Source: Priapulus caudatus
Lineage: Eukaryota
Direction of reading: 5' to 3'
Length of the DNA stretch: 38,971 nucleotides
Assembly (NCBI RefSeq): GCF_000485595.1
Contig: NW_014577063.1
Span: 908,214 to 947,184 of the forward strand
Shown here: positions 1-13,370 of the stretch, piece after piece
Numbering within the stretch: the first letter of the stretch is position 1
How the letters are laid out: each line of letters starts with the position of its first letter
The notes under the pieces: generated by a model
Databases searched by the model: none
What the model saw: the letters and a program-made list of their open reading frames with translations, nothing else
Told to the model about the DNA's origin: nothing
Translations under genes and position numbers: made by a program

Positions 1-360
<360 letters not shown>

Positions 361-474
361 CGGATGGATAGATAAATAGAAAGTTGCAAGAACACTCACA
401 TGTAAAATCGACGGAGAAGGATTAGAAAACGATGTAAACAACAATGAAAATAACTTAAAAAATGCCAAACTTAC

Positions 475-700
475 ACTCAGTTGCAAGGCGCCAATCACAA
501 CCAACGACCGAGGTGCTGCTCCAGAACAAACCGCCAACTCCTCATCTTTATATACATCGGCTGATTGTTTACCTCGTGACGTGCACTTTTTGCCTTCTGG
601 CGGGACTAGATTTCAGAACAGGAACTTCAGCTTTTGGACATATCTTCAACAGAAACAGTCACCCCCGGGCTATCCCGAAACCGTCTGAGTTTATTGTCTT
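475..700 (-). CDS. Candidate internal exon of the minus-strand orphan gene
   Basis: Minus-strand acceptor ttgtccacag| at 701 and donor |gtaagt at 474-469. Phase-1 entry reads DNKLRRFRDSPGVTVSVEDMSK; at least two frame changes are needed to stay open (AEVPVLKSSPARRQK..., SADVYKDEELAVCSGAAPRSLVVIGALQL). Confidence 0.4.
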
Positions 701-837
701 CTGTGGACAACGCTTAGATAGGTATTCTTATGCACTGTTGCGTAATATTAGGCTACAAGCACATTACTTACTTTGTTTTGTATTATGTTCTGCGTTGTGT
801 TAGATTGTGATGTGCGGCTGTTGAATCGTCGTAATTT

Positions 838-883
838 TTATTCATTGCATTCTATTCATTGCATTCATTGCATTTTATTCATT
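838..883 (+). repeat. Short (ATTCATTGC)-type tandem repeat
   Basis: Four imperfect copies of attcattg(c). Confidence 0.7.
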
Positions 884-1635
884 GTAATTCGTTAGGACTC
901 TGATTCGCTTCCAAATCACGTCATTGCGTGACGAAAAGCAAAACTCTCCGAGAATTGCCTACCATTTATTGTAATCCTAATGATTCATTTGATTAGTATT
1001 TATGGACATGACAAATTTCAACATGGGAGACATTGTCATGTCGTCGAATTTTCCTGCACTGAACATTTCTGTTACGTGTTAAAGCGGTGCAATCAAAGAT
1101 AGCGTTTTACATGTGCATATAGGTTTCTCATGACTTTTTTGTCATTACCATTTGCTATAAGTAGATACTAATGGATAGATGATGAGATAATTGGATACTA
1201 TGACGCGCAAACATGCGCACGAGAACGCGATAGACGAGTAGAATATGAGGTGGCGCCATCTAACGGCAGTGAATAGAAATCACAGATCTCGACGCAGCTA
1301 TTATGTATAACGTTGTTTATACCCACCAACGTATAATCCCATGATTTCATTTAAAACTAAATAGTAGATAAATTTATATAAAGTCAATAGTCATGATGTA
1401 GATGATTAAAGACAATATGAGATACGCCGAATCAAATATAAACAGCAAACGATCATAATGCAAACATATATATAGCTTTATTTTAAATGTGTAACAATCA
1501 CGTTTTGGCTTAATTATATACTGTCACTATACTATTTTCATTACAGTTAATCTATGCAATTTGCCTGTTATACACTAATTCGAATTACATATAGTTCTAC
1601 ACACAGATATTCACATATATTCAAATGGAACATAC

Positions 1636-1953
1636 GCATGACCTAGAAATTCTCAGCTTGCTGGCGTTTCTCCCAAAATGATTTCATCAAGGGTATAGTA
1701 AAACTAATACTAGCTCCTGATCTACTCTTGATTTCATCTATAGTCGCTCTAGTTAGCACACATATACAGATGTGTAATGAAATGTAGAGGAGAGTAACCC
1801 GTGAAGAGTCCTGGAGCAGCCGTGTATCGGGTCGTCTACTTGAATCTTTGGTTGGATTAGAAGAAAGATCTATAGGACCGACGTCTGTAGTTGGGAACCT
1901 CGTAGCCACCGCCGTATCCGACATGGTTCCTTCTGTATGGGCTCGACCGATAT
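1636..1953 (-). CDS. Candidate internal exon (318 nt, phase 1-1) of the minus-strand orphan gene; Ser/Thr/Asp-rich
   Basis: Acceptor tgttctgttttag| at 1954 is in frame with ORF 1643..2029 (DIGRAHTEGTMSDTAVATRFPTTDVGPIDLSSNPTKDSS...LMKSFWEKRQQAENF). Donor |gtatgt at 1635-1630. An in-frame TAG at 1643-1645 is either the true stop or an indel error. Confidence 0.5.
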
Positions 1954-2557
1954 CTAAAACAGAACATACTACGTTAAACGCGCGGATCATTACTTGACTT
2001 ATTTTTTTCTCGCCGTGCCACCACAACAAAAAAATATTTCAAGTAATGATTTACCTTAATATTTTCTGACGTTAACGTAATGTAGTCGATTTTAAACGAT
2101 TAATTATGGATTGACGATGACAATGTATTGTTATGAATCAATCGTTTTCACAGGGCACTTAAAATGGCGTGCTAGCATACGGGAATAATTCGGCAAACTT
2201 CGGACAAGACCGTTACTCTCCGTCATTTCTTCGGCTGTATTGTTTGAGTTAATATAAGAAATATTTCTGATCTGTCAGCACATTGCCCCGTTAACATTCA
2301 GGAGCTCTAATATCCCCTAATTTTACGGAGTAATCTTTTCAAAAAACAAGCGCAGAACAGCAAGAACTTAATGCTATAATATAGGAACTTTACTAGTATT
2401 ATGCTTTAAGTAGTACTTTCTCTAGAACAAAAAAATGATTTAGGCCAAGGCATTGGTTCCAGAGGTAACGAAACGATCTACAGTTTACAAACGAAATTGG
2501 ATCGAGGAATGTAATCGGTCGAGTTGTGACGAGTGACGTAAAGAGTGACGTGTGCGT

Positions 2558-2607
2558 CACACACACACAACACACGACACACACCACACACACACACAAC
2601 GCACACA

Positions 2608-2638
<31 letters not shown>

Positions 2639-2740
2639 CACAACACCACACAACATACTACAGCACAATACACATCACCACGCAACACACACACACCACA
2701 CAAGCACACAGTCACACACAACACACGCACATGCAAAACA
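2558..2740 (+). repeat. Degenerate (CA)n microsatellite
   Basis: CA-rich array; it explains the His/Thr and Cys/Val ORFs at 2399-2858. Confidence 0.95.
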
Positions 2741-3231
2741 CGCACGCGACGCGATGTACGCATTGGCGCGCACACAATTGGACGCAAAGTGCGTAAATGG
2801 ATATTTTACCAGTGTTAGCATAACAACTTATCAGAACTCTCTCTCTATTTCTGCGTGACTTTGATTACGTTCGTCTCGATAGATAACACTGACAGCTCGC
2901 TGGATGTCCGCTACCACACACAAGAGCGCAATGCGTGCGTGCCGTGGGTGCGTGTGTATGTGCGTACGTGCGCGCGCGTGTGTGTATTTCACCCGAAGTC
3001 ACTTACCACCGCTAATACATTGTAGTGTGTAAACAGTCAATGATAAGTAAATCGGGCAATTACGAAGGATTTATTGACCGGTAAGAACAGACGGAATTTG
3101 TTCTTCGCTGTTTAGCGTTTATGCTGATTATTAGTGTCGAATTTACACTATATTATATATATATATAGAATGCCCGGTGTTAGCGAACCAATAATACTAT
3201 TTAACGGATAATTTAATATTAGGACAACGAC

Positions 3232-3423
3232 CTGAAGCGGGAAGACCTTTGTAGCCAAATAGCGTCACGATGACCCGTACTCCACTCCTCGCGTCTCCGA
3301 TACTCGCGGATCTGAAGCTCTGAGCGGATTCGTATCCACTTCTAATCCTTCTCAGAATACGGGTACGGATCCGCCTGGAGTAATCGAGTAGCTCTCCGCG
3401 ACTGGCCATGTACCGAACACAAA
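3232..3423 (-). CDS. Candidate exon (192 nt) of the minus-strand orphan gene
   Basis: Tandem acceptors ctttctag|tgcag| (exon start 3428 or 3423) and donor tcag|gtcgtt at 3231. One frame is fully open with phase 1-1 (CVRYMASRGE...GLPAS). A second frame continues the signal peptide (FVFGTWPVAESYSITPGG...) but contains two TGA codons. Confidence 0.45.
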
Positions 3424-3654
3424 CTGCACTAGAAAGACGACAAGTTTATATGTAAGCGGCTTTATCCGGCTGACATTAACCAAGTTTAGCATGGTTTATT
3501 GTGTTTATCATTATTTGCAATTTGATTTAGAAAGGCATCAGACAGAGGGCCTGAGGGATGTCATACTGATTGCGGTATACTATATACTCACATATTTTCG
3601 TGTTGCAAATTGGGGCCTAACAATTATGATAGGCGGATATGTCAGATAAACGTT

Positions 3655-3800
3655 ATGTATATATATATATATACTAGTAATATATATATATATATGAATA
3701 TAATATATATATATATATAATATAGAGGAGGAGAGAGAGAGATAGAGGAGAGAGAGAGAGAGAGAGGCAGAGAGAGAGAGCGACGAGAGGATGAGAGAGA
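3655..3800 (+). repeat. Compound (TA)n/(GA)n microsatellite
   Basis: Direct reading. Confidence 0.9.
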
Positions 3801-4397
3801 TGTATTAAGATCTCCCTCGTGCGATTTACATAACATCAATAAGTGATTTATATTGTTAATGAATAACTTTTATATCGAAAAAACGGGATCTAATTTGATG
3901 ACAATTGTACGGCTATACTGACTGTACGGATCACTGACTAGGTATCAGGAACCCATTACCAACGTCGTTAAAACGTGGTCCGTGAACGCATACAAGTGAC
4001 TGGAATGGTGGACAGAGAAGAGTTAGGACAGTGATATCACGTGGCTACATTAAATGCTGACATCAGGTGCCGCGTGGCACTTTTCCTTCTTCTTCCCTTG
4101 GTATTACCTGCACTCAGCAGGCGATTCTTTCTGCCGACCACATCGTCCCCGGATGAAAGCCGGCTCTTGTGTAATCGCGCCGGCCAATTTGCTCCTCATT
4201 TCTTATACAAATAGCCGCCCGCAGAGGGCGCGCCCAGACAACGCCGCCTATTTCTGTTTTTGGCCGGCTGCTTGAGTAAATTCTCGTCACAGAACAACGC
4301 GCCATAAAGATCTCGCGATCCGTTCAGTAAGTAACAACACAGCGCGGAGCTTTACCCATGTTAATGCGGCATTACAGAAAAGATCGCCATATAATAT

Positions 4398-4459
4398 CAG
4401 GAGTGGTAATAGATAATTATTATAAAGAATCTAATTAGAAATTCTCTTATCCACTCCTG
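4398..4459. mobile_element. Tiny MITE-like inverted repeat
   Basis: at|CAGGAGTGG...CCACTCCTG|at: terminal inverted repeats with a possible 2-bp AT duplication and an AT-rich centre. A degenerate second copy follows at about 4465-4550. Confidence 0.45.
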
Positions 4460-4569
4460 ATAATACAGGATAAGAAATTATAGGTATAGATAGAATCTAG
4501 TATATGTGAATATAGTATAGATAGAATCTCTGATTATCCTTACTCCCTGAATATATCATATCGTGTGAA

Positions 4570-4903
4570 TATCTATCTATCTATTCTATCTACCTATCTA
4601 TTTACTATCTATCTATCTTCTATCTATCTCTCTCTCTCTCCTAATCTATTATTTCTCATCTATATATATCTCTATCTATATATCTCTCTCTTTCTATCTA
4701 TCTATCTTCTAATCTATCTATCTATCTATCATCTATCTATCTATCTATCTATCGTATCTAGCTATCTATCTATTCTACTTATCTATCTATCTAGTATCTT
4801 CTTTCTTTCTTGTATCTATCTATCTATCTATCTATTTCGCTATTCTATCGATTTATCGTATCTATTTATATATTCTGTCTACATAATCTATTATCTTATC
4901 TAT

Positions 4904-4956
<53 letters not shown>

Positions 4957-4979
4957 CTAATCTATCTCTCTTCTTTCTG

Positions 4980-5019
<40 letters not shown>

Positions 5020-5092
5020 CATCTATCTATCTATTTATCTAGCATCTATCTATCTTTCTATCTAATCTATCTATCTATCTATCTATCATCTA

Positions 5093-5137
<45 letters not shown>

Positions 5138-5175
5138 ATCTCTCTTTCTTATCTATCTACTATCTATCTATCTAT

Positions 5176-5207
<32 letters not shown>

Positions 5208-5267
5208 ATCTATCTATCATCTTCTATCATTTATCTGTCTATCTATCTATCTATCTATCTATCTATA

Positions 5268-5314
<47 letters not shown>

Positions 5315-7022
5315 GTCTATCTAGACTATCTATCCTATCTATCTATCTATATCTATCTATTATTCTATCTACTTCTATCTAATCTACTATCTATCTATCT
5401 ATCTATCTATCCTATTTGNNNNNNNNNNNNNNNNNNNNNNNNNNNNNNNNNNNNNNNNNNNNNNNNNNNNNNNNNNNNNNNNNNNNNNNNNNNNNNNNNN
5501 NNNNNNNNNNNNNNNNNNNNNNNNNNNNNNNNNNNNNNNNNNNNNNNNNNNNNNNNNNNNNNNNNNNNNNNNNNNNNNNNNNNNNNNNNNNNNNNNNNNN
5601 NNNNNNNNNNNNNNNNNNNNNNNNNNNNNNNNNNNNNNNNNNNNNNNNNNNNNNNNNNNNNNNNNNNNNNNNNNNNNNNNNNNNNNNNNNNNNNNNNNNN
5701 NNNNNNNNNNNNNNNNNNNNNNNNNNNNNNNNNNNNNNNNNNNNNNNNNNNNNNNNNNNNNNNNNNNNNNNNNNNNNNNNNNNNNNNNNNNNNNNNNNNN
5801 NNNNNNNNNNNNNNNNNNNNNNNNNNNNNNNNNNNNNNNNNNNNNNNNNNNNNNNNNNNNNNNNNNNNNNNNNNNNNNNNNNNNNNNNNNNNNNNNNNNN
5901 NNNNNNNNNNNNNNNNNNNNNNNNNNNNNNNNNNNNNNNNNNNNNNNNNNNNNNNNNNNNNNNNNNNNNNNNNNNNNNNNNNNNNNNNNNNNNNNNNNNN
6001 NNNNNNNNNNNNNNNNNNNNNNNNNNNNNNNNNNNNNNNNNNNNNNNNNNNNNNNNNNNNNNNNNNNNNNNNNNNNNNNNNNNNNNNNNNNNNNNNNNNN
6101 NNNNNNNNNNNNNNNNNNNNNNNNNNNNNNNNNNNNNNNNNNNNNNNNNNNNNNNNNNNNNNNNNNNNNNNNNNNNNNNNNNNNNNNNNNNNNNNNNNNN
6201 NNNNNNNNNNNNNNNNNNNNNNNNNNNNNNNNNNNNNNNNNNNNNNNNNNNNNNNNNNNNNNNNNNNNNNNNNNNNNNNNNNNNNNNNNNNNNNNNNNNN
6301 NNNNNNNNNNNNNNNNNNNNNNNNNNNNNNNNNNNNNNNNNNNTACTATCTATCTATCTATCTATCTATCTGCTTCTATCTATCATCTATCTATCTAGCT
6401 ATCTAATCTATCATCTAGCGAATCTGTCTAATCGGTCTATCTATCTATCTAATCATATCTATCTATCGTATCTATCTATCTATCTATATCTATCTATAGC
6501 TATCTATCTCATCTCTATCTATCTATCTTTCTATCTATCGTATCTATCTATCTATCTATCTATCGATCTATCGTAATCTACTCTATCTATCTATCTTATC
6601 TACTATCTATCTGTCTATTTATCTAACGATCTATCTATCTCTCTCTCTATCTTTATCGCTCTATCTATCTAACTATATCTGATCTATCTATTACTATCTA
6701 TCTATCATAATCTATCTATCTATCTATCTATGCTACATCTATCTATCTATATCTATCTATCTATCTATCTATCTATCTTATTATCTATCTATCTTCTATT
6801 ATCATCTATCTATCTATCTATCTATGCTATCTATCTATTCTATCTATCTCTATCTATCTATCTATCTCTTACTTCTATGCTATCATCTATCTATTTCTAT
6901 CTATCTATCTATCCTATCTATCTATCTATCGATTATATTATCTAATCATCCATCTATCTATTTATCTATCTATCATGCCTATTTATCTATCTATTCTATT
7001 TCTATCTATCTATCTATCTATC
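4570..7022 (+). repeat. Long (TCTA)n microsatellite interrupted by an assembly gap (N 5419-6343)
   Basis: Noisy TCTA array on both sides of the gap; source of the YLSI ORFs. Confidence 0.96.
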
Positions 7023-7023
7023 T

Positions 7024-7078
7024 GGTGTTTGTGTGTGTCGTGTGTGTGTGTGTGTGTGCGTGGTGTGTGTGTGTGTGC

Positions 7079-7118
<40 letters not shown>

Positions 7119-7158
7119 GTGCGTGTGTGGTGCGACTGTGCGTGTGTGTGTGTGTGTG
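7024..7158 (+). repeat. (TG)n microsatellite
   Basis: Direct reading. Confidence 0.95.
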
Positions 7159-7301
7159 ATAGCGGCGATTCGATTTAATTGCCAGCCTTACATAGCGCCT
7201 TATTATAGCGCATGCCAACTATCTTAACATTGCCTCGGTGGTGATGCGTAAACGCGGGATTTGCGCTTACGTACCTACGTCCTCTAACGGGGTGTACTTA
7301 C

Positions 7302-7344
7302 GTACCAGCACGACGGCCAGGACAAGTAGGCTGATTGCTTTCAT
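7302..7344 (-). CDS. Candidate first coding exon of the minus-strand orphan gene; signal-peptide N-terminus MKAISLLVLAVVL(V)
   Basis: ATG at 7344, then Lys and a hydrophobic core. Tandem donors CTG|gtacgt (exon end 7306) and GTAC|gtaagt (exon end 7302). Upstream acceptor ttcttaaactgtgttag| at 7381. Confidence 0.5.
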
Positions 7345-7692
7345 CTCACGCGATGTCCTTACGCCGTCTGCTAAGATGATCTAACACAGTTTAAGAAAAA
7401 CGCAATGTCATCTTCGTCTCGCATTCGGCTGCTGCTACCCAACTGATTGCGTATAGGTTATACGGAATTGATTCGCGTTAGGTTTAAGCCGTAAAAATCC
7501 ATTTTGATGTATGTTTTATCGACTGTATACAGTAAACTATATATATATATATATATATACAGTACGGATAAAAGACGAATTTCTTCGGCTACCGCTACTT
7601 ATAGTGTTATCAAACATTAATGGGTAGCTATCATCGCTAAAGTGAGCGGGGAACGTGCCGCAACTAAGAACTTATATGACGCGGGCACTCAC

Positions 7693-7907
7693 CTTTTAAC
7701 TTTCGAGCGAATCGACGAATGTACTCCGCGTGTGTATTTGTTGTTGACGGATGCTGTAAACCTTCCGCCGACGCGTCCGCTGCTGCTGCTTCCCTGATGC
7801 GCAAATATCTCCTAGCGATCGCGTGCGCGCGTGTAAACTGGTCCGACTTTGTTTCACCTCTGCATCCCCTTGCTCACGACATTGGCATACGGCGAGCGAA
7901 TTTTATA
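7693..7907 (-). promoter_or_regulatory. Candidate TATA box and non-coding first exon of the minus-strand gene
   Basis: TATAAAA on the minus strand at 7907-7901, a consensus donor AAG|gtgagt at 7692-7687, and CpG-rich surroundings (about 7640-8520). Confidence 0.4.
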
Positions 7908-10377
7908 GACGACCATGCTGCGGACTAGACGTCCGACAGTCGCTCGCGACTACGGTGCAGTTGTAACGAGTGAAAGTCGTCGGGGCCGTCATCGTCAGTC
8001 AGTAACGCTTCGCTGGCCGATTTAAACGAGTGCTTAGCGAGTCTTAATCATTACGAAACTAACGGTGGGAACGACCGTGTGCAATCAGGAGTGCGTGTGT
8101 AGACGCGGACGGGCGGGTGGGGTGAGCACCTGGTCAACCCGCTGCTGGCATTGTTGTTGTTTTTTGTTTGTTGTTGTTGCTGAAAATGTTTACCGTCGGT
8201 ACATGGCCCTCGGATTTCTCTCGCCCCTTACCACACCACTATACCCCCTCCCCCCGTTGGTGTTTACGATACGCTTTGCCGACCATCGCCTGTCCTTGGT
8301 AGCAAAGGCGGCAGACCTGGGCTAAATCGTGGACGCAAGGACGCGCAAGACCATATTATTTGTTCAGGCTTTGAAATCCCTCCGACCACTGCGGCGAGCG
8401 ACACGCGCCGTTCGCGACACAATGAGCCTTTATTTGCCAAGTGAAAGTAATTGAGATAGACTGCCGCCAGTAGGGAACACTCGGGCCGAGGGTGGACCGC
8501 TCTGATACGTTATTAGCGTGACGGTGGCTATAGTTCAGGGCCATCTCGATGTAAAGTTCGTGCTACGTTGCTGCAGAATTTTGTTATAAAAAATTCAAGC
8601 TATTCAAACAACAGTTTGCCATAACGAGGAATGTCTGTTGAAAGACAATTATGTGTCTATTCTAGCAAGCTTACGTGACATTTGAAGGACCATGTGCCGA
8701 GCCGAGCGAGTGAATAACGTTTAGGGAGAGTCAGAGGTATTTTCATATCGATATATCGATTACGCTTTCGACCTAATATTGAAATGGCGTTGATAGAATA
8801 ATAAGTTGCATTCTCGGATTGAAATTGAAAATATGTCACGCATGTCATGGTAAATGGAAATATAAACACAACCAACTATGAACGACATGTTTTCGAGTTT
8901 TAGAATTGCAGTCCTATCGCGTATAGAACATTGTCATGGAATACCGCACCTAGTAATGTGAGCGAACCCGTACGCGGCACTTTTAAGCAAGTATAGCTTA
9001 CTTCAAAGAATACTTCACCTGTGCACTTATACAGAGAACAAATCCACATGGGCGAAGCGTGCGCAACATGCACGATCAGTACGCGAGTGAAGTCATAAAA
9101 GAGAACGTCAGATGAAACTGATAGCGATGAAAACGTGATGACCTGTAAACGTAGGAATGCCATGGTATGGCCAGAGACGAGATTTATGCATCATGCACGC
9201 ACGGCACAAGAAAGGGCAGCTTCGTTTTGACCTTGTAATCCTTACTGATATGCACGATTATGTTAATTCAAGGCTTTCGCAGGTTTTTATTCGACTTTAA
9301 AATTACACAATAAAGTTTTGTGTGCTACTGCTATCTCATTACAACGAAGACAGAGCAGTACTTGATTCGTTATCCATAATCTATATCTATAATGGCAATT
9401 AATAGTTTAATGGGACAATAATTATGGTGATGTAAAACGTAAAAAAACGTCTACAGCATTACAAAGGATAAGGTTTATCCGCTGTCTCCGATTATCTGTT
9501 GGTACATGTAATATGTCATCAAACGGTTTCTTGCCGTTGTAAGTAGCTTGCGCATGCAGGCAACGGTAATTCTACGTTTAGTTTTCTCTGTTGCCTATAC
9601 TGGCGTATTACCTGAAAATCGCGTGTCTAGTCTAGTGTACCTTTACAGTTAGGCGTAGCCATTCACGATTTAAGCCAACCTCATGGACAAACTTGCGTTG
9701 TTTGTATATAGCACAAGAGGTTACACAGGAAATACCTTCACCTCGCAACGTGCTGCCGTATAAATGGAAGATATTACCGGTGAAATTATAGCAGGCAGTG
9801 CATCAGGTGCAGTAACGCTAACTCCGTATGCTGCAGCGGCCTTTTAGTGTTAATCCCTCTATTTAGTAATCTGTTAGTTAGAGATCACACAATAATAGTA
9901 GTGTTGGGGGGAAAAGGACACAATGTGTTGGCATTCTAAGAATTATTAGCGGAAAATTTTACCTAGATAGTCATAGATAGCGGATATATTTGGGGGCATT
10001 GGTGATAGAATCTTGATCAAGTGGGCGTGGTTTATGCGCTTATGTTAGCGAACGGATGTTAGCTATTGCGCTTTCCGTCGCAGCCATTACGACCAGTGCC
10101 ATGGATCTGAAGGATGAAAGCGAATACGAGCTCGAGTAATCACCCTATCCGGACCACCGGATTTATAATGATACGCTGGGAATACAGGAGCGTAGCCAGC
10201 CCAATTTGCTTAATTGGTAGGCAAAGCCACGCGTGAGTTGTGTTGAAGGTGTGTGAAGGTGACCGCCATTGACAATATGTAATGACTACTAATGTATTTA
10301 CATTTCTCTGGTGGGATTGAACCTGGAATAGGTCAGAATAACTCATCGTTATACTGACCGCGTGCCCATGTGCGTGT

Positions 10378-10448
10378 CACCAAGAGCTAATAATACTTAC
10401 AAATAATATATATATATATACATATACACGTATTTTTAGCTCTTGGTG
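10378..10448. mobile_element. Tiny MITE-like inverted repeat
   Basis: CACCAAGAGCTAA...TTAGCTCTTGGTG, a perfect 13-bp inverted repeat that extends imperfectly, with a (TA)n centre. Possible gtc duplication if the ends are ACC/GGT. Confidence 0.55.
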
Positions 10449-11714
10449 TCTCCTATAGCATTCGTAACATGGCGCTCCGATTATAACTCAAAGATCTAAT
10501 TAATTCGAACTATTAAATTCGAAAAAAAAAAGCTCTTTGTAGGACTGTGTTGCAGATTATATCTGCAATGATACCCATGTTTTCATATTTCTCACGTATA
10601 GGTGACACGTCAGTCGGAAACTGCAAGCGACTATCTTCATAATCCTTCATCTTTCACTTCATTCATCACCGCGTAGGTCAAGGGTAAATATGAAAAGCGG
10701 AGATAATCCGGAGTGTGCGCGAAAGCCTTGGGCTAGCTACGAAATGATTCACTGCTGTGCGAGCGGGTATTATTTACAGCATAGAAACGATGTACCGTAT
10801 GATTAATATACGCCTTGATCGCGCGAACACCTATAAAATCATGCCATGCGAATCAAAATGTTTTTGTCGCTACGTTTCTCGAAGTGGTCCATTATTGCAA
10901 ATAAGGTCGACGTGCGAGCTAGTTGGGCTCCAAACCTGTGCAGAGGAAGGGAGATAACAAGAGCCATAGGCGGATATATTGTACATGAGCAAAGCAATCA
11001 ACGCACTAGCATATCTCGTCACATATCGTATCGAGCTCTATAAGCTTGAAGTTGCGCCTATGCTAGTGCGTTGATTATAAAGAGGAAATTGGACCTGTAC
11101 AGAATTATTCAATGACACGCATAGGAAGATATATTTACGTTAAACCGAGTTAGTAAGTTAAACTCGGTTAAATTACATTTTATTATTCACATTTTACACG
11201 TAAACATCCTACACGAATTTCATTCCCGCTCGTGCGTGCGTGTGAAGATAGATAGACAAATTTGTGAATAAGAAAGTGAGAATGCTTAAAAGAAGGTGAT
11301 ATATACGTGATATCTACGCGCTACAATTATTGCGCCGGGCATGTTAAGTTGATGACAAAACGCTCGTACATTATACAATTTAATCTTCCCAGACAGGATC
11401 ACAACAGCGATTTGGTTTCGATTCAACATTATATATATATATATATATATATACTGATATTATATATAGGTTAGGGACATCTGTAAGAAGAGGCCTGGAC
11501 AGCCTCTACGGGCACAGCTCGACTGAGCTACCCACGGGGATTTGTTTGCGTGGTTTGTGTTGTGCTATTATAATGTATATATAAAAATTGTAACAAAAAA
11601 AGTTTCATTTAAGAAATTGCTATACTAAGTTAGAAGTTAGAAGCCAGACGACCACAGGGTAGCGAGCATTTCGATTCACTTTTTAAGAACTACATATATT
11701 ATATATAATATATA

Positions 11715-11962
11715 ATGAATACGATTATATCCGCGCGGCAAGTGGCTATATGAGTTTTAATCAAATAAATACTGTGACGGTATTGATTTCTGCGGGATTT
11801 TCATTTGCGTTAACATTTTCATCATAGTTTTTTGATTGGCCTTCCATGTCTCGTATTGTTACCATATGAAGGCATAGATGCGAAGATATGGCTGTGTCAA
11901 AATCAAACCTCTCTGAAAGTTAAACTGTACACGCTCAACAACAGTATCTGAACTTATTACAT
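11715..11962 (-). repeat. Short (monomer-less) copy of a dispersed repeat, inverted relative to 13681-14451
   Basis: Reverse complement matches 13681-13762 joined directly to 14305-14451. Confidence 0.85.
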
Positions 11963-11992
11963 ATAGTACGTATATATATATATATATATATA

Positions 11993-13370
11993 CTAGCCTG
12001 GTACCCGGCGTTGCTCGGGAACGCATAGGAACAACTTTAGAGCAAATTTAGCCACATATACTTACAATTTACTACTACAATTTTTACTTACAATTTAAAA
12101 TATTTTCACCCCCTTCACCCATACGTCCCCATCAGACAGAAAGAGAAACGGTACTAGATTCACAATCTAAATACCATCCGGCCGCACGGACTCAATCTAT
12201 GGTAGAGATTCTGGATGATAGAAAGACAGTTTTCACCCTCCCACAAGAATGGTATACACGTAAGGCTAATTCTCAGCCGACACTCTAGGGTAGCTGGTGG
12301 CTCGTCTACCTTTATAACTTTAAAAAAAACTTAATTCTAAGGATAGATTCGTACAGCAGAAAACAATCAAATAAGAAATATTTGACAAATATTCTAAACA
12401 GTTCGAACGATTCTATGATTCTATGTAGTCAAAGCTTCTAGATATACAGCATTGTTATCAAATTGTGCAGCAAGTTATTATGAATATGCCTCTCTGGCTT
12501 TGCAAGCCTCGTCTCGCCTTTAAAATACACAATTGTAGCAGAGCTCCGCGCATATGGTTAGCACTACGCGTAATTTTAGTATCTGTATTCCACATTCAGC
12601 TCTTTGCCTTCCAGTGCATTAATTACCGTTATACTTCGTTATTACCCCCATACGGTGCATTACAAGCACCGAGTTAGAATCGTCCCCTCACGCGGTCGCC
12701 CGCGGACTCATCGCCCGCAGTTGTCACTGGTCATCACGGCATAGTCGACGCGTTGTCCAACTGCGCAGTACGAATAGACCAATGACCAGCGACCACGTCG
12801 AAGGAAACGTGGACAGGAGGAGAAAGATGGAGGCCTGAGCCCCAGACGGATCTAGATGAGCTGGTGGGCATCGAGTCGGCGCACGGATATATAAGGGTAA
12901 TAATAGATTTAATTCTATTGATACCATGTTATATATTATATCCGAATGTAATACACAGACAAATTACAATTTAAAAATGCAAATGAACGAAAATGAACCA
13001 CTAAAAGTGTGTGTTGTGCTGCTTTGAGACTCAACTGACAACTGAGTGCATAATGAAAAAATGTATAAATTTGTGCATGATGTTAACCTTGTATTAACAA
13101 AGTTTTGCCTTTTGTGTCGCTAGATGGATACATTCGGGGAATTCGGCCTGTTCTACTTTTTCTGACTCTCAACCCACTGCTAAAATTATCGCCCATATTT
13201 AGGCCTATTTATCGTTATATATCTACAAATAAGAATGGATTAACAATATGGGATAAGCCTATGTTGGTGTCCGACACACGGGCCTATACACTGAGATGCG
13301 GTGGCGTGGCTTGATGCTCACCGCGGCGAAGATTACCGTGTCAGAAAATCGGCTTCTTCTCTCTATAATA
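11993..13370 (-). mobile_element. Non-autonomous Helitron-like element
   Basis: Minus strand ends CCCGAGCAACGCCGGG-TACCAGG-CTAG|T, i.e. a GC-rich hairpin followed by CTAG and a T target, the canonical Helitron 3' end. The other end fades into an AT-rich run near 13370-13420. No RepHel ORF. The 5' boundary is approximate. Confidence 0.7.

Noticed and set aside
462..803. 113-aa plus-strand ORF
   Set aside because: No recognisable motif; the splice signals favour an exon on the opposite strand.
1251..1267. CTCF-like motif (also near 26500)
   Set aside because: A single short motif match with no supporting context.
3165..3190. tagaatgcccggtgttagc after a TA run, like a Helitron 3' end
   Set aside because: The second hairpin arm and an intact CTAG are missing.
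4565..7227. YLSI, CV and HT repeat ORFs, including the 386-aa ORF
   Set aside because: Translations of (TCTA)n and (TG)n microsatellites and of N runs.
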